A stretch of 64,000 nt of DNA from Fimicolochytrium jonesii (Eukaryota), in NCBI RefSeq assembly GCF_025526975.1, contig NW_026515669.1, positions 1,426,001-1,490,000 of the forward strand, in the 5' to 3' direction. Below, one piece after another: positions 50,985 through 64,000 of this stretch (its first letter is position 1; each line of letters opens with the position of its first letter). Position numbers and translations under genes: made by a program. The notes beneath the pieces are model-generated. The model searched no databases and was not told where the DNA came from. It was given only the letters and a program-made list of their open reading frames with translations.

Positions 50985-52109
50985 TTAAACGGCCGGTTTG
51001 ATTGGCTTCGGGCCCTTCTTTTTGCGAGGCTGCTGTCCATTGGGGTTCACGCCCCCGGGGATCGGCAACGCATTTTGCGCTGTAGGCGGTGGGGCCATAC
51101 CAATTCCCAACTTGGGCGTGCCTGGCAGTGCTAGGGCCGGGGCTGCTAGGGCTTTCTTCGTCTTAGCCTTCTTCTGTGCCGCCTCGGGAGCCGCAACGGT
51201 GGCTGCATCGCCGGCTTTGCGCTTCTTGACCACGGCGGGTTGGACACCACTGCCTGGGGCCACTTGAGGAGCAACGGGTGCCTTTTTGATCTTTACCGGG
51301 GTTTTTGGCGGTGCGGGGGGGAGGGCGCTGGGTGCCTCGATTTTGCCGTTCTTCTTGGCGGTGGCCTTAGGCTTTACTATCTGTGAGACCGTTGTGGCGG
51401 CCGGGTGGTCGGCTTCCTCTTCCTCGCTGCCTTCCTCCTCTTCCTCCTCCTCTTCTACCTCGGCAATGACGGCGGGGGTTCCCTGTCTAGAAGCGGCGGC
51501 TTTGTCGGCCCGGTATTTTTCTTTCAGGATGTTCGCCTCGTCATTGTAAGGCTGCAATAGCAATGGACGTGTGAACTTGCCACAAAATACGAAAAGTTAT
51601 CATAGAGCACATCTCAATCGTACCTTCTTTTCCTCATCCGTCATTCTCTGCCACAGCTTGGCGCCCTCCGTCGTAATGTCCTTCATGTGCGTCTGGGGAT
51701 GCTGCGTGACGAGCTGGGCTCGAACCGAGTTCAAGAAGATCAAGTATCCCGCCGGGGGTCGTTTAATGTCGTTCTCGCTCTTTTGCCTCTTGGCTTTCTT
51801 GCCACTGGCGTCCGCAAAGTCCTTGTCCGTGACGAGAGACCGAGCGAAGATCAATTCAGGGAGATCATTGTTCATCCATTGACCGATCTCGCGGAGCCCT
51901 TCCGAGATTTTGGCGATGGAGGTGAAGAGCTGCAACGGGGAGGAGAGGTGGATATGGAGGTTTAGCAAACGGCGCGTCCAGACAGACTGAAAACGCTTGA
52001 CTTTCGACTGGAAGCCCGCAATGATACATACATCAACACCGGCCTTGGACCTCAGGTACGCCTCACGAGCATCGGTATGCGCCTTCGGGATCTTAGGTTT
52101 GGGAGGCAT
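50985..52109 (-). CDS. HMG-box chromatin protein (Hmo1-like layout)
   Basis: IKRPPAGYLIFLNSVR...GAKLWQRMTDEEKK-PYNDEA HMG box, then an acidic run and a K/A/P-rich tail; 3 exons. Confidence 0.85.
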
Positions 52110-52635
52110 CTTGCAAAAGATTCTATTGGAAGGTAACGCGAAAGCCAAAATAAGTCGGCGCGTCTCTCGAAGAAAGGGTTTACACTGGACAAGAGCAGAT
52201 GTCGCAGAGATTCGAGGGAAATGTGTCTACACGGGACGTGCGGACTGTGGTAAAACGTACGAACCTATGAAGTGGCGGCGAATAGGTAGGGTTTGCCCGT
52301 CCGTAAGTGTCTTCCTGGCCAAAGGAGCCTGAGCGGGTTGGGAGGGTTGCTTCTTTAAGTCGGCCAGGCTAAGGATTCAAGTTTGCCGTTTTTTCTTTCA
52401 GACTCATTTCAGACTGCGACCCAATTGGCGCGGCGTGACCGCGTTTGCAAGTTTGCACAGGTAAGGAGAGCTAATCAAATGCGAAACAATGCGCATGACC
52501 TTGCTCTGACGGTTCTAGATTAGCAGCCAGATTAGTGAGCTTTTGGTTGCTAAGAAGCGCGTAAGATACCTGTACTGTATACTGTAATTCGTTACAGTTG
52601 GGTTTGCAACATCCGAGCTACGAGAAGAGGTCGCA

Positions 52636-54270
52636 ATGTCCAAACACAAGGTACAAGAGCCAAAGAAGTACGTATGATACGTGCACTGACTTTCTTCAAT
52701 ATCAATGTGCTGACTTAGCTCTGTTGATATAATAGGTATGGGAACGACTGGGCTTTTCGATATGTATATCGGAACGATCTTCCCGTGGACCCGTTCGAGC
52801 CGAAGCTCTTAGACTATGGGAGTCCAAAAGACCGGCTGTTTAAATACGAGCCAGGGACAGACTCGCTGGAGGACAAATTTCTCTTTGAAGTGACGGGGCG
52901 GAATATCGAAAACGGCGTTGCCTGCGCTCCATTGGCGATGGGAACCTTGTCTGACGCGTTCTACACACCGAGGGGTACAGCGGGGCTCGGGGCGCAGAGA
53001 GAGACGGATATCGCTGCAGACGCTAATGCTGATTTCTGAATCAGAAAAGGCTAGGGTTCGACGACTCGAACCAGAAGATGAAGAACTACTGGCTCCACCG
53101 TCGGCAACTGCTACAGCGCGTCCATCGAATGCAGTAACGCCCAATGTGCTCTTCCTAAGGCAGAATAAGATCAGTATGTCGGGCGACGCGAAGACTTATG
53201 GGAGGACGAGACCGGTGACGACGGAGAGCAGGTACGACTTGAAGACCGGCTGCGACGAGCAAAATGTTAGGGCTTGAAATCTAATCGCACACTGCCTTCA
53301 TAGAATTGGGCAATCGGTAATAGATGACACCAAGATCCATGATCAAGCACCACATACGACGGAAGGGAAGCTCCGCGCCATCCGACAGACGTTTGAAAGC
53401 GTCAAACGATTCACGACCGAGAACATCAAGCATCCCGGCGGGAAGGACCTCAAAGCAATGGAGATCTTTCCAATATTCCCAGACTTCACAGGGTCATGGC
53501 CTGATCCGCTCGTGCTCGCTGTATTTGACGCAGATCCGTTGGAAAAGGGAGTGGAAAACGGTAACAAAGAGGTACGGTATGCTTTCACATGTCAGAAAGT
53601 GCTCGGTCGGGAGAGCGCTGACCTAACCATGTTTCCATCAGATTGAGAAGGGGTCGGAGAAAGCTATTACCCTAGAGGAGGCGTTCCTTAAGCCACTAAA
53701 GAAGCCGGATCCGCCACATGAACCTTTCATGGGCTACTATCAACCAGAAAAGAAACTTGTCAACAAGATAAAAGACAAGAGGGAAAAGGCGGATATCTTC
53801 GGCAGGGATGAGGATGAGCTGGATACCGTAAGTGGCAGGCATACTTTCGGGCAGAGCCGCTTGAACAACGACTTACTACCATGCATGGGATATTTCTAGG
53901 AGTCATACGATTTCCCATTGGTCCGTGACTTCCAGTATCAAACAAAAGACGGCATATCCGATCAACTAGTCTTCAAAATCGACAATGAGCACCACGGAGT
54001 CTTCTTCAAGCGATTGCGGTCGCGAATCAACTTTAAGCGCCAGCGCGCAAAGGTATGTGCTAAACACCACGCCAAGCATTGTTTCCGACCTGAAAAACTG
54101 AAACGGATGTCACGTTTACTTTATAGCGGAAAGAGGAACAGGACCGTGAACAAAGTCAAATATCGAGGGACAGGCCAACTGTTTTGTCCATACGGAAACG
54201 GCCATTTACACCAGAGGAGAGGAGGACACGGAGGAAGGTCGTCAAAGATGAATTGGATCTGGAGGGATAG
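52636..54270 (+). CDS. PAF1: RNA polymerase II-associated factor Paf1
   Basis: FRYVYRNDLPVDPFEPKLL, LEPEDEELL, VLFLRQ, VRDFQY...VFFKRLRSRINFKRQR; multi-exon. Confidence 0.8.
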
Positions 54271-54525
54271 GTTTTCTCATGGCAAGGGTAGATCTTGGAT
54301 CGGTAGCGAGACCCCTCTGTATATTCTTGTCACATAGTTCATAGCTGAAGTCACCTAATTCCGTTCATTCTTGCCCGTCCGGAAGACTTCGGCGGAGGAT
54401 CCTGCGCCTTTGTTGGGTGTTCATGTAATGTTATAAGATCGTTCCCTAAATACCCTACGCTAGCTAGAAATGTACATGGACGCCGCGGAGACAAGATACA
54501 GGCAGAACTCGCTATAAGGCATAGT

Positions 54526-56486
54526 TCAGGAGACGACGCGGACATCCATCAAGGCAGCCATATCAAAGGTGGTAACCTCATCGGCGCTCGCTTCAGTGAT
54601 CCATTCATCGTCCGGCGGCAATTCGAATCTCCCTAAAGCAATTTCACCTGTTTCGTAATCTTCATACTCCTCCGTGGGTTGAGGTGTGGGCTGCTTGACC
54701 ACTTTCGGCTTCAGAGTGATGAGCGAGCGTTGTATGTCGAAGGCGATGATCGTCGCTTCCTGTTTTGAAGGAGGTATGCAAAGTCAGTCAGACCTGAGAT
54801 ATCGCCGCTTTCCAGAAAACAACAAAACTATACTTTGAAATCCGATATTTCCGGGCAGTACGACTCCGACATCTGCAGCACTTTATACGCGATAGTCTGG
54901 CCCGTCTTCGGCTTGCCGACCAACAGAGGCAGCGCATCATAGTCTACGGCGGCGGCCGCGTCGGGCTGCTGCAGACCAGTGTCAGCTTTTGCGCCATTTG
55001 CTGCCTCACGAGACACGCCGTCGGTACCATTTTTTGCTAGAGTTGTGCCGCCACGACCCTTTCCAGGGGTGCCTGCGGAGCCCAGCAATGTTCGGCTTTG
55101 GCTTCGTTTCCTCCCTTTCTTCGGTGTGGGGTTGTTGAAATCGTCCTCGAGAAAAACTTTGGTATGGATCGCGCGCGGTGGGGCCAGTGTCGCCTTTGCT
55201 GGTGGAAGGCCATTCGTACGCGTGCCATTAAGTGTGCCCGCTTTCGAAAGGCTTTTTGCGGGTTCGACAGGATTGCTAGTAGCAAGCTCCAGCTCGCCCA
55301 CTCCTTCCTCTTCGTCCTGATCAGCTGCGTCCTCATCGTTATCGGCGAAAATCACATGCGTCCGCTCCACATTCAATAGCGTCCGCGTTTGCTTCCTCTT
55401 ATGTCTCCCGAGTGATACAGGGGGCGCAATCACTTCATGTACCTGCGGGGCCGGAGTTTGCTTTGCCACTGCTGCTTTCTCTTTCGAACGAGGTGCGACC
55501 TTCTGATTCGCGGGAAGCTTCGGCGGTTTTAAAGGAACTACCTTGGCAATGATTGCCTTCACAGTGTCCAACGGGGGGGCAGCTGGGCGAGCTATCGAGT
55601 CCGCCGGGTGTTTTTTTCCAGACATCACGCTTTCCTCTATTTCCGAGTCATCATCTGAGGATTCTGATGTGGAATTGCGAGGACTCTCGGATGCCTCCGT
55701 TTCTGACTCCGAAGAGGAGGTCTCATCCGACTCGGCTGATGATGTGGTTTCATCATTGGACACTTCTTTGAGAGCAGCACTTCCAACTTCTCCGCTGATG
55801 ATTCCGGACATTTCATCCCCAGACTCGGAAGATGTCTCCTCTTGTTCATCCTCTTCCTCTTCAGAGCTGCTACTACTCCCGATATCTCGCACCAAGTCCG
55901 TCAGAGCGTTTCTCAAGTGTTGTCTGCGCGCGGCATGGATCTCGTGCTGGGTATCATCTACTTCAACTGTCTTTTTCTTCTTTTGTGGCTCCTCAGGCGC
56001 AGGCTCCTCCTCCGACTGGTCGCCCCGACGCTTCCGTTTAGCTAGGTGACAGTCAAAGTCTAATCGTAAGTGTTCCAGGCTCAGCACAATCGACGATTGA
56101 AGCCCAAACTCACTCTTGATTGGAGGTAACTTTTCCTTCGCCGTTTCATCTCTAGGTACACGCCGAGACAAACTTACCCTATGGCAGAAAAACCGTCAGT
56201 GTATCGACATAAGAAGGTTTCTTCTCAGCCAAGTAACGTACGTTATCAAGTCACTGTCTCGAACGATGCCCTTCGTCAGGGACGTATGAATCAGCTCAAA
56301 CCCTTCCACTTCCAGCTTGAGATCCGACGCGCGAATGGAAGGCCCCAAAGACAGTAGCGTGCAGATAGAGATGGCCACGTCTCTCACTGTCCCGTGCCCG
56401 TCGTTGGGAGTGATCTCGAACCAGCACTTATTGGTGGGCAGGGGCGGAAGCGTTTGGAGCTTCACCCGTGAACCGGAAACCGACAT
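54526..56486 (-). CDS. Coilin-like protein (N-terminal self-association domain, acidic middle, C-terminal Tudor-like domain)
   Basis: RVKLQTLPPLP...LKLEVEGFEL...IVRDSDLI; C-terminal YDALPLLVGKPKTGQTIAYKVLQMSESYCPEISDFKEATII...LMDVRVVS*. Confidence 0.82.
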
Positions 56487-56678
56487 CGGTTGAAGCTATC
56501 TTGAATATAGGGCACGGTACTAGCAAAGAGTGAAGTTTAGAACTACAGTAGCAGAACAGTATATCATACAGCGATTCTGAAGTTACGCTGTCCCCAACTG
56601 ACCTGTGAAAGGGAGGAAGTCCCAAAAACACTGTTGGTCAGCACCAGTCGCAGTAGCTTGCGGTTTGAAGCCAGAGGG

Positions 56679-56765
56679 CAGTGGTCAGTTCAATATTTCT
56701 TTAATCCGCGTTTTCGACCTCAGCGCAAGCAGAAATGACATTAACTAGTCATCACAACTCCACCG
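56679..56765 (-). ncRNA. Candidate intronic box C/D snoRNA/scaRNA upstream of coilin
   Basis: Box C GTGATGA 56755-56749, D' CTGA 56723-56720, D CTGA 56688-56685; flanks CGGTGG/CCACTG; lies in a putative intron from GTATGT (56827) through GCTGAC (56642) to TTTCACAG (56603). Confidence 0.55.
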
Positions 56766-58353
56766 AGATAGGAGGTGATGACCCCCAGGAAGGACGCAAG
56801 TCCACTTCGGTCGCTTCCCCAACATACAGTCTGGTTCCAAGTCCTACGTCCAGGTGTGTACTGTATCTCCTGAGAGTCGCTGGGACTGACGCGAAAGACT
56901 TCTCGCACAGACAGGCGAAGGGGGAGATACGCCAAATTCTGGGCAAAGGCGTAGGGCTATATATTGGCCACAAGGCGGGTATATAGAGTGAACGACTTAC
57001 GTTCCACTCGACGGCGTAATTCCTCCATGCGAGCTGGGCACTCAGCAAGTCGAACGATATCGATGTCCGAAACCCATCTATATATATAACGCGCGCGAAG
57101 AGAGGGGCGAGCGGATAGATTGCTCGAGATACTGGTGATACTGGTGACGAGCGCGCTCAGCACTGGATGAGAAATTGTGGCAAGGATCCGGATACCGTGA
57201 CGAACTTCCGGATGTATCTGAATATGAGAAGAAGCTGGTTTTACTCCTTTCAGACCAGCATTAATCATCGAACTCGAATCGTGAAGGCTGGCTCCCGTGG
57301 CGGGGGCTGAACCACCCAGGTGGATGATGCTGAACTTGAGATGGCCAAATGCTGGTCTTCCAAGAAACGGCGAAGTACGCAACTCTAGCCAGATTATGTG
57401 GTCGGGTACCCGTGGGTTCTCTTACTTCGGAAATTTCCGAGCATACGCGAGGGCTGGACATCAGTCATCTTGAACGGGATCTTCGACCGGCAAGTCCACT
57501 TTCGACACCGGTTCTGTGCATGGAAGTGAACTCCAGGTGTATTCGCATCGCACGCCGGAAACCCCAGACCGCAGATCTAGAAGTGTGTGCGGGCTCTCGA
57601 GGCGGTCGCCTGGCATTTGCGTCACGGAACGAGGCTCCACCAACTCGGAAGGGCCGCCGCGGTTGAGTCGATTATGGAGATCGCTTCCTGTCGAGGCCCA
57701 GAAGTAGGCTCAGGTTTGCCGAAAACTGCAATGTGTCGATGAGCAAAACGAAAAACGAAAAACGAACCACTCCGCGAGGGTACAGATTATTGTGGAGAAT
57801 GGGAGTATCGATCTCCCTGCCTCTCGCATGCTAGGCAGTGCGTGCTAAGCGAGCGCTCTGCCATTTGAGCTAATTCCCCGGGATATTCGGGTGTCGTCCA
57901 TTTATGATTTGAATGTTGAAGGTGTAGCTTTGTGTATGTGCACGCGAAAAGTTTTGGGACGCATGCAGGGTTTGTGCGCAGCTATGGTGTCTCGCGCGCG
58001 CGCTTCATCACTCATACCCATGGGGACGCCAGCTGCACGAGAAGCGCGAAACCTAGGACCTCAATGGATAGTAAAGGAGAATAGGAGACTCTCACACTCT
58101 GCGAGAAGCGATGGGGATGGAACAAGCTAGGCCCTCGGAGGCTCCTCATATCCTGCGAGGTGGATCTAGAAGCAACAGGGCCAGCACAAGATTTTGATGC
58201 TCAATTTCGAAATCAAGAAAGCATTATAATATGATAGCGGCCTTTCGAATGTAAAATATACATATCAACATGATAATCATAAAAGCCTTCCATCAGGTTC
58301 TAAGTGCCAATCCACCTTGCGAACCTCGGATCTCGTTCTAGTCGCAGCCAAGT

Positions 58354-61300
58354 TCACGGGGTATCTCCCCGCGCTCCAAGCGTCGTTATGATTCTCTTAT
58401 CCTGTGAGCGAGAGTCTGTAAACGTGCGACCAGCTCCCGTGCTTCTCCATCGTGCACAGTCACGAGGTACTTCTGGATGGCATCGTCGATGATCTGCACC
58501 GGGATATGTGTTGATGGATCTCCGGCCCCCGATTTTCGCTCCCGCAACCAATCGCTGATAAGCACAGCAATGTCTTCGAGGAGGAAGGTCAGCGCGCGAG
58601 GCGATGACCATGGCGGCAGCTGAGAAAACGAACGTGAACGAGTAAGCTTCATGTTCCATCCGTTCTGAGAAATCTTAGGAGTTGGGGCACCGAAAGCGCC
58701 TTTGCATACCTTTGCATCGAAGATTTCGTTGTAAGCGCGGAACAAGAGCGGGAAAGGGACTTTGACCTGACGGAATACTTTGACAGCCCAGCCGTGCTCG
58801 GGGGCCGGTCGATTCTGTTGGACCGCCTGGTAGCACTCCTGCTCAAGCTGGTTGACCAAGAAGGCTATTGGAAGGAAGACACTCAGACACATCGGAGTTG
58901 CCGGCATGGACGGAGGGATGGGCAGACTTACGTATGGGGAAGATGTTTTCATCGGAAATGAAGCGCCGTCCAATCTCACGGACTTTGTCTTGCAATACGG
59001 TGAAAACATCCCTGTTGGCTTCTATCGCGCTCTCTTTCGCTGGGAAATAGGTTTAGGGCTTCAGAACGACCATGGTCATGACATGATATAAACTCACTTT
59101 TACGTAGCAATTCGCTCCATATCTGCTCGGCGTGGAATCGGGGATTGTTCGTTTCGGAGACATGGATCATGTGCAGTTGGATCTCGTACAACTTGCAAGG
59201 CTTTGCGTAGTGGTTGAAGAGCTGATTGCAAATATCAGCACCCAAGCCTTGCAATTGACGTCGACACTCAATGCTTGCGAACTTACGTCGTTCATTGGCA
59301 AAAAGCATTCAGATAGTCTGTGAAGCGCTTCATCTGTCAATCCGACTTCTGTCCGTGTCACAACTGCCAGGAGCTCCGCCTGCACTTCAGCCACTGCAGC
59401 TTCCTCCAGGATGTCTTCCATCTCCTGTCGATTGATGTTCCGCTCGGTATTGAGAGCCGTACGCGCTTGCACAACCGCGAAGTTCAAGAAGGTCAAGCGG
59501 TCATGGAATGTAAGCCTGCGTAGAACGGTATACTTAGGTACATTTCCGCATTTTCGTATATCCTAAATGTATGAAGAACGTACCCAGCGGCGTCGGCCAG
59601 CATGCGGTACACGCGCGCCGCATCATAAAAGCGTTCGTTCTGGACATAATACCGTGCGAGCAATTCCATCATCCCAGGGTCCGCGGAGGCTTGGGTCAAG
59701 AACTTTTCGAGGTATGGGGTATGCAGCTAAGATGGATCATGGATTTGTGGGAGGAACTCGGCTGATGGAGGGAACAACTCCAAATCCACAGCTCACCTTA
59801 AGCAGCTCGTCGGTCTTATCTTGCTCGATGAGCCACTTGTAAAATGCCTCATGGAAGGAAACATCATCTGAATCAAGAGCTCTCTTGATGAGGTGAAACC
59901 GCGTCCTCGCCAAGTGGTCTCTACTATGTCTCTGCCCATATATGCCGCCGTTTTGGATTCCAGATACATCCAACGAGCCGATCGTCTGGAATATGATATC
60001 ATAGGCGCGTCCTCTTCGAACCAAACCACTTTCTTGATATTCCTGTGTACCCATGAACATCAGATTGGCCCTTTCCGATTTCAGCAGGCCAGTTACAGAC
60101 TTACCGTCTGCGGTAAGGCTTCCCCGTACCCGGCGTTATACCGCGAATTGCGTGCCTCCGCACCTTCGTTGACATCTTGCGCCCTTGCCCAGTTCAGAGT
60201 CAAGTCGATGATCCCTTCAAAGCACTCCATATCACGTAAATTCTCGTTGATCTCTTGGAGTTTGTTGAAAGGAATGTCAAGAATGACGCGGGTAAACAGG
60301 CTAAAATGAGAAACATAAGCACGCGGCATCAGCTTTACGCAAATGAGCACTGGCAAAATCACACCTTAATGCTTCGCTGAGCTTCATAGCCTGAATATCG
60401 GCACTAGGTTGATTGCGTGCCGATTGAATGCTTTCAATCCCTTTGTATAGAATGACATCGTTTTGTCGGCAGATGGACGGACATATGGTCTGTAACTGTT
60501 CTCCGATGATCTCCATATTCCTCTCTTCGGCGATCTCGCGGTCGATGTAAGCGGCCATCAAAGCTCTGATAGTCTCGAGACCCTTTTGCGTTGTGATTGC
60601 TGCTTCGTAAGTCAGACCATCCACATCTTCCTGTTGTGCTTTCGGCAACGGCTTGATGAGAGCGTCCAATTTGTTCTCCGCGAGCATGAGTACAAGAGAA
60701 ACCGTCTCTGTGCTAATGCGGAGCAGCTCATCGAGATTATGCAACGACTCCTGTTCAGCTCTCCATGCTTCGCCTTCCACGGACTGAGGTCTACTTTCGG
60801 GCGTAGGCAGGGCGGTGAAGTTCTGCCGTTCCTTGAGGAAGGCGCCAAGGCTGTCCAGAGCGCTCAAGATGTCACTTAGCGTCTGTGGTGAAAAGTTGGA
60901 AGCGTAGCCCTTCTCTTTGACCACCACTTTGTTCTTCCAGACCGGCTTCAGTACCCGTGTCAGATAGAGTGCCAAGCCGTCATGCCTCCCGCTGTGTCTG
61001 ATTTCCGGGGAATACATGGCATATCCCAAAGGTCCGCTACCATCGAAACCGCTGTTGAGCTGAGCCATGGAGGGTTGGCCACCAAAGTCATCAAACAGGC
61101 GACTCGCTGTTGATATGAGTAAGCCTTTACTGCCCACATGTTCTTGAAACAAGGTCTCAGATGCAGGATGCTGACATGCGACGGCTAAGCACATAGCACA
61201 AGCTTCCGCACTCCCGTAGACATGCAAGAACTCTTCGAATCCTCCGCCGGATCTCTGCTCCTCCGGTGTGATGATGTTCTCACACAAGATATCCAGCGGC

Positions 61301-62886
61301 CGGAGTTTCTTCAGTCGCCAAATCCCCTGATTTGTAAGGACGCGAAAGGATCGAGCGGGGCCTTCCAACTGCGTAGCGAGTTCGTTGAGTACGTTTCCAG
61401 CTTCCGGTCTCTTGCTAATCTTTGCAGTCGGCACAGTCGACCGGGTGGCCATCTCTGATATCTGCCAGATCTTCCCTTCTTGATCATGATATCCATAATT
61501 ATCTATCCAAAATTTCGAAGCTTGCTGAGCTATGGCACCAGTATGTACTGCGACGCCGTACAACCTATCAACATCTTGGCTCATCGCAGAAGTGGCCAGA
61601 AGAAGTCCGCTGGCGTAGTACGATTCGTGCAACGAGAGACCCGGGCCCACGATCCTTTGCACCAATGGCAAAATATACACCAGCTCCAGGGTATTTGGTT
61701 CAGACGAGGGAGGTTGTCCATCCCAGCCGCTGCGATCGTTGCTCGAGTATACGGTAAAGAAAAGCCTGTCGCCACTGGTGGTAATAGCCACCATCTGAAT
61801 CTTCTGCGACTCCGCGTTGGAGACGGGGTAAAGAGCTTGAATGGCAATTCCCTCATCGGTGCGAGACCCTGACGACAGGCGGCTCAAAGCATCAGACACA
61901 GATTTTACGCGGTGGAATGATTTGCCATCCCGGCCCAGATAAATAAGCTGAACGGTATTTCGAGATGTGACGGTGTAAAGGATTTTGCGCTCGAGATCGA
62001 GAGTCATCAAGTAGACTTGGTTTTGGAGACCGATGTCTCTCAGGAAAGTCGGAGCAACCATTGACAAGGCTGACGCAGAATGATTGATTAGCCGGATCCT
62101 CCTTGTAAACCATCCTTCCGTCGCCTGATACTGCAACTCCAATAGCTTTCCGCTCAGCGTGCGCAGAAAGATTCTCCCCTCTTTCGACCCCTCGATCTGC
62201 AGAATATGCTCGCTATCGGTAGGAATCGACAGATCAGTCCTGAAAATTGTCAATTCTGTCGACGGATTACCCTTTACGGCGAAAGCCACGCCAAGAATAA
62301 TAATCTCCAGTCGAGTAGCAACAACAAGCAGGTAATCGATCTGTTCAAGAAAAACTCCTGGGGTGGGCCGCACAAGGCCTACACTACAGATCAGCTGCTC
62401 CTGATCATCGTAGCAAGAGGTGGCGTTCGGGCTGTTATCGTTGAAGTTCCACAGATACAGTTTCGAATCCATCGTTATCCACACTCGTTCGATTTCTGGG
62501 AACAGGCCCATAAAGGTTTTACACTGAACGGAATCGTACTGCTCGTAGACATAGTTGGGCAGAGACACGAAACCGTCGGCTCTCAAGTAGTTCTGGACTC
62601 CCGCAAGCGTTGTTGAGGCTTCTCTCAGCTGTTCATCGGAAAGTCTGACGAGAAGCTCCCAGAGATCAGGGTAACGGTCGCGCTGTAAATTCTCATCAAG
62701 CACCGCCGCGGCGTTTCGTAGACGATCATGCCGTTGAAGCAGAGTGGATTGCTGTTGTTGGCGATGCTGTTGTGGTTGAGTGATTTCGAAGTCTCGAGCG
62801 GGGAGACCATAGCCAGCAGCTTGTGGTGGTTGGCCCACCATCCCACCCCACGGACGCGCAAGATCGTCCAGGTTCCCGTACGGCAT
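58354..62886 (-). CDS. NUP170: Nucleoporin Nup155/Nup170
   Basis: MGLFPEIERVWITMDSKLYLWN, VGLVRPTPGVF, ELQYQATEGWF, SGRHDGLALYLTRVLKPVW, LFNHYAKPCKLYEIQL; multi-exon 3' part. Confidence 0.93.
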
Positions 62887-63249
62887 TCTACAAGCTGCCT
62901 AGAAACCGAAGTCGAACTAAACCAGTATCCGAGAAGCCCTGACGGAAGCAGTATTTCGAAGGCAACAATGCGCGCTCAAGTTGAAAATTGAGGCCAGAGT
63001 CGAAAGGAGCAGAAGGGCAAAGTGAGCAGTCGAGGGACTTAATACTGTAATTAAGGCATACCCCATATGTATATTTAGTTTCTCGTAAGCCCCATACACA
63101 TTTCGACACCGGGCAAATCGATTCTCACAAGAGTTCAACACTTGCACGAATTGCTCTGTGAACTACCTACGCCGCTCTCCGCATCATCAGTCGCTTGGTG
63201 CAATCAGCTTTCGAAGAGAAGACTACCCTTCTTCAGGATACTCTGTGCA

Positions 63250-64000
63250 ATGATGGCACCTATACGCAAAAAAGCTATGCCGCCAGGCTCTCACCAAGGC
63301 CCGGCGGAAGCCAGCAGTCGTCCGACCCAAGCGGTCTTGGGCGGGATCACATTCGCAGCGAGCCTTCCGCCAGGAGTTAAGAAGGGAACGCCTGTGCCAG
63401 AGCATATACCATTATCTACGACGGGAGCCGCACCACCCCCAGTCAAAAGAAGTGCGTCAAATGCGCACGGCGTAACAGTTGTGGTGGAACCGTCAACTGA
63501 GGTGGCAGACAACGACGAAACTTTCGTCACGCAAAAAGGAGGAAAGATGTGAGTTTTGACAGTTCCACAAGACAGGTGTTGAAAGAATACTCTGCTCACA
63601 GCACATGTCGCTGACAGAGACCTCATTCCTATATGCTGCGGGGGATCTGGTCTGATATAGCGTCCAAAATCCGCAGGTCACTTTACAAAATGAGGTGAGT
63701 GGCCATAGAAATGATCTAAATAATTCGTCCTCAAGTTGCTGAGCGTATCCATCTCAATTCAGCGGATGCCGTCCATGTTCGAGTCTCGTCGCACGCTTCA
63801 ATCAACTCTGTTACTGCAAAAGAAGAAGGAAATGCAGGCCGTACAGCTGGAGCTGGAGAAAAGAAGGCTAGAGTTCGCCAAAAGAATGAGTGGATGCAAA
63901 GACCGACAGGAAGAACTTCGTTCCAAGGTACTATCCCGGACATTGGCACTATACTAGCGTAGCATCGTATTGACTTTACCGTTCTCATCTGTAGCAAAAG
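63250..64000 (+). CDS. CCDC42/CFAP73 (DUF4200)-type cilia/flagella coiled-coil protein, partial
   Basis: TLQSTLLLQKKKEMQAVQLELEKRRLEFAKRMSGCKDRQEELRSK resembles the DUF4200 start; 5' exon structure not fully resolved; runs off the window. Confidence 0.7.

Noticed and set aside
62890..63249. RFX X-box upstream of the ciliary gene
   Set aside because: Only a half-site (GGCAAC); no convincing palindrome

Overview
Gene-dense eukaryotic DNA with short GT-AG introns. It is most consistent with a flagellated early-diverging fungus (chytrid): fungal-type ATP14, ATP20, RSM25, Num1/ApsA and a CBS without a recognisable heme segment occur together with a cilia/flagella gene (CCDC42/CFAP73 family). I can support about 26 protein-coding loci, mostly housekeeping (PHS1, GAR1, CYS4, MED14, MIR1, POP1, PCT1, POL32, PAF1, coilin, NUP155/170 and others), many in head-to-head pairs, plus one tRNA-Leu(UAG). 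Several features are invisible to the ORF track. (1) A spliced, apparently non-coding transcript divergent from ATP14 hosts an intronic snR52/SNORD83-like box C/D snoRNA and probably a second, orphan C/D RNA. (2) A candidate box C/D RNA lies in an intron upstream of the coilin gene. (3) An orphan, intron-retaining 3' fragment of CCT4 sits next to the tRNA. (4) A frameshifted C2H2/Q-rich gene relic lies at 3.1-4.1 kb. No CRISPR array, prokaryotic operon or intact transposon was seen. Exon boundaries were read by eye and rRNA/snoRNA comparisons are from memory, so both need computational confirmation.
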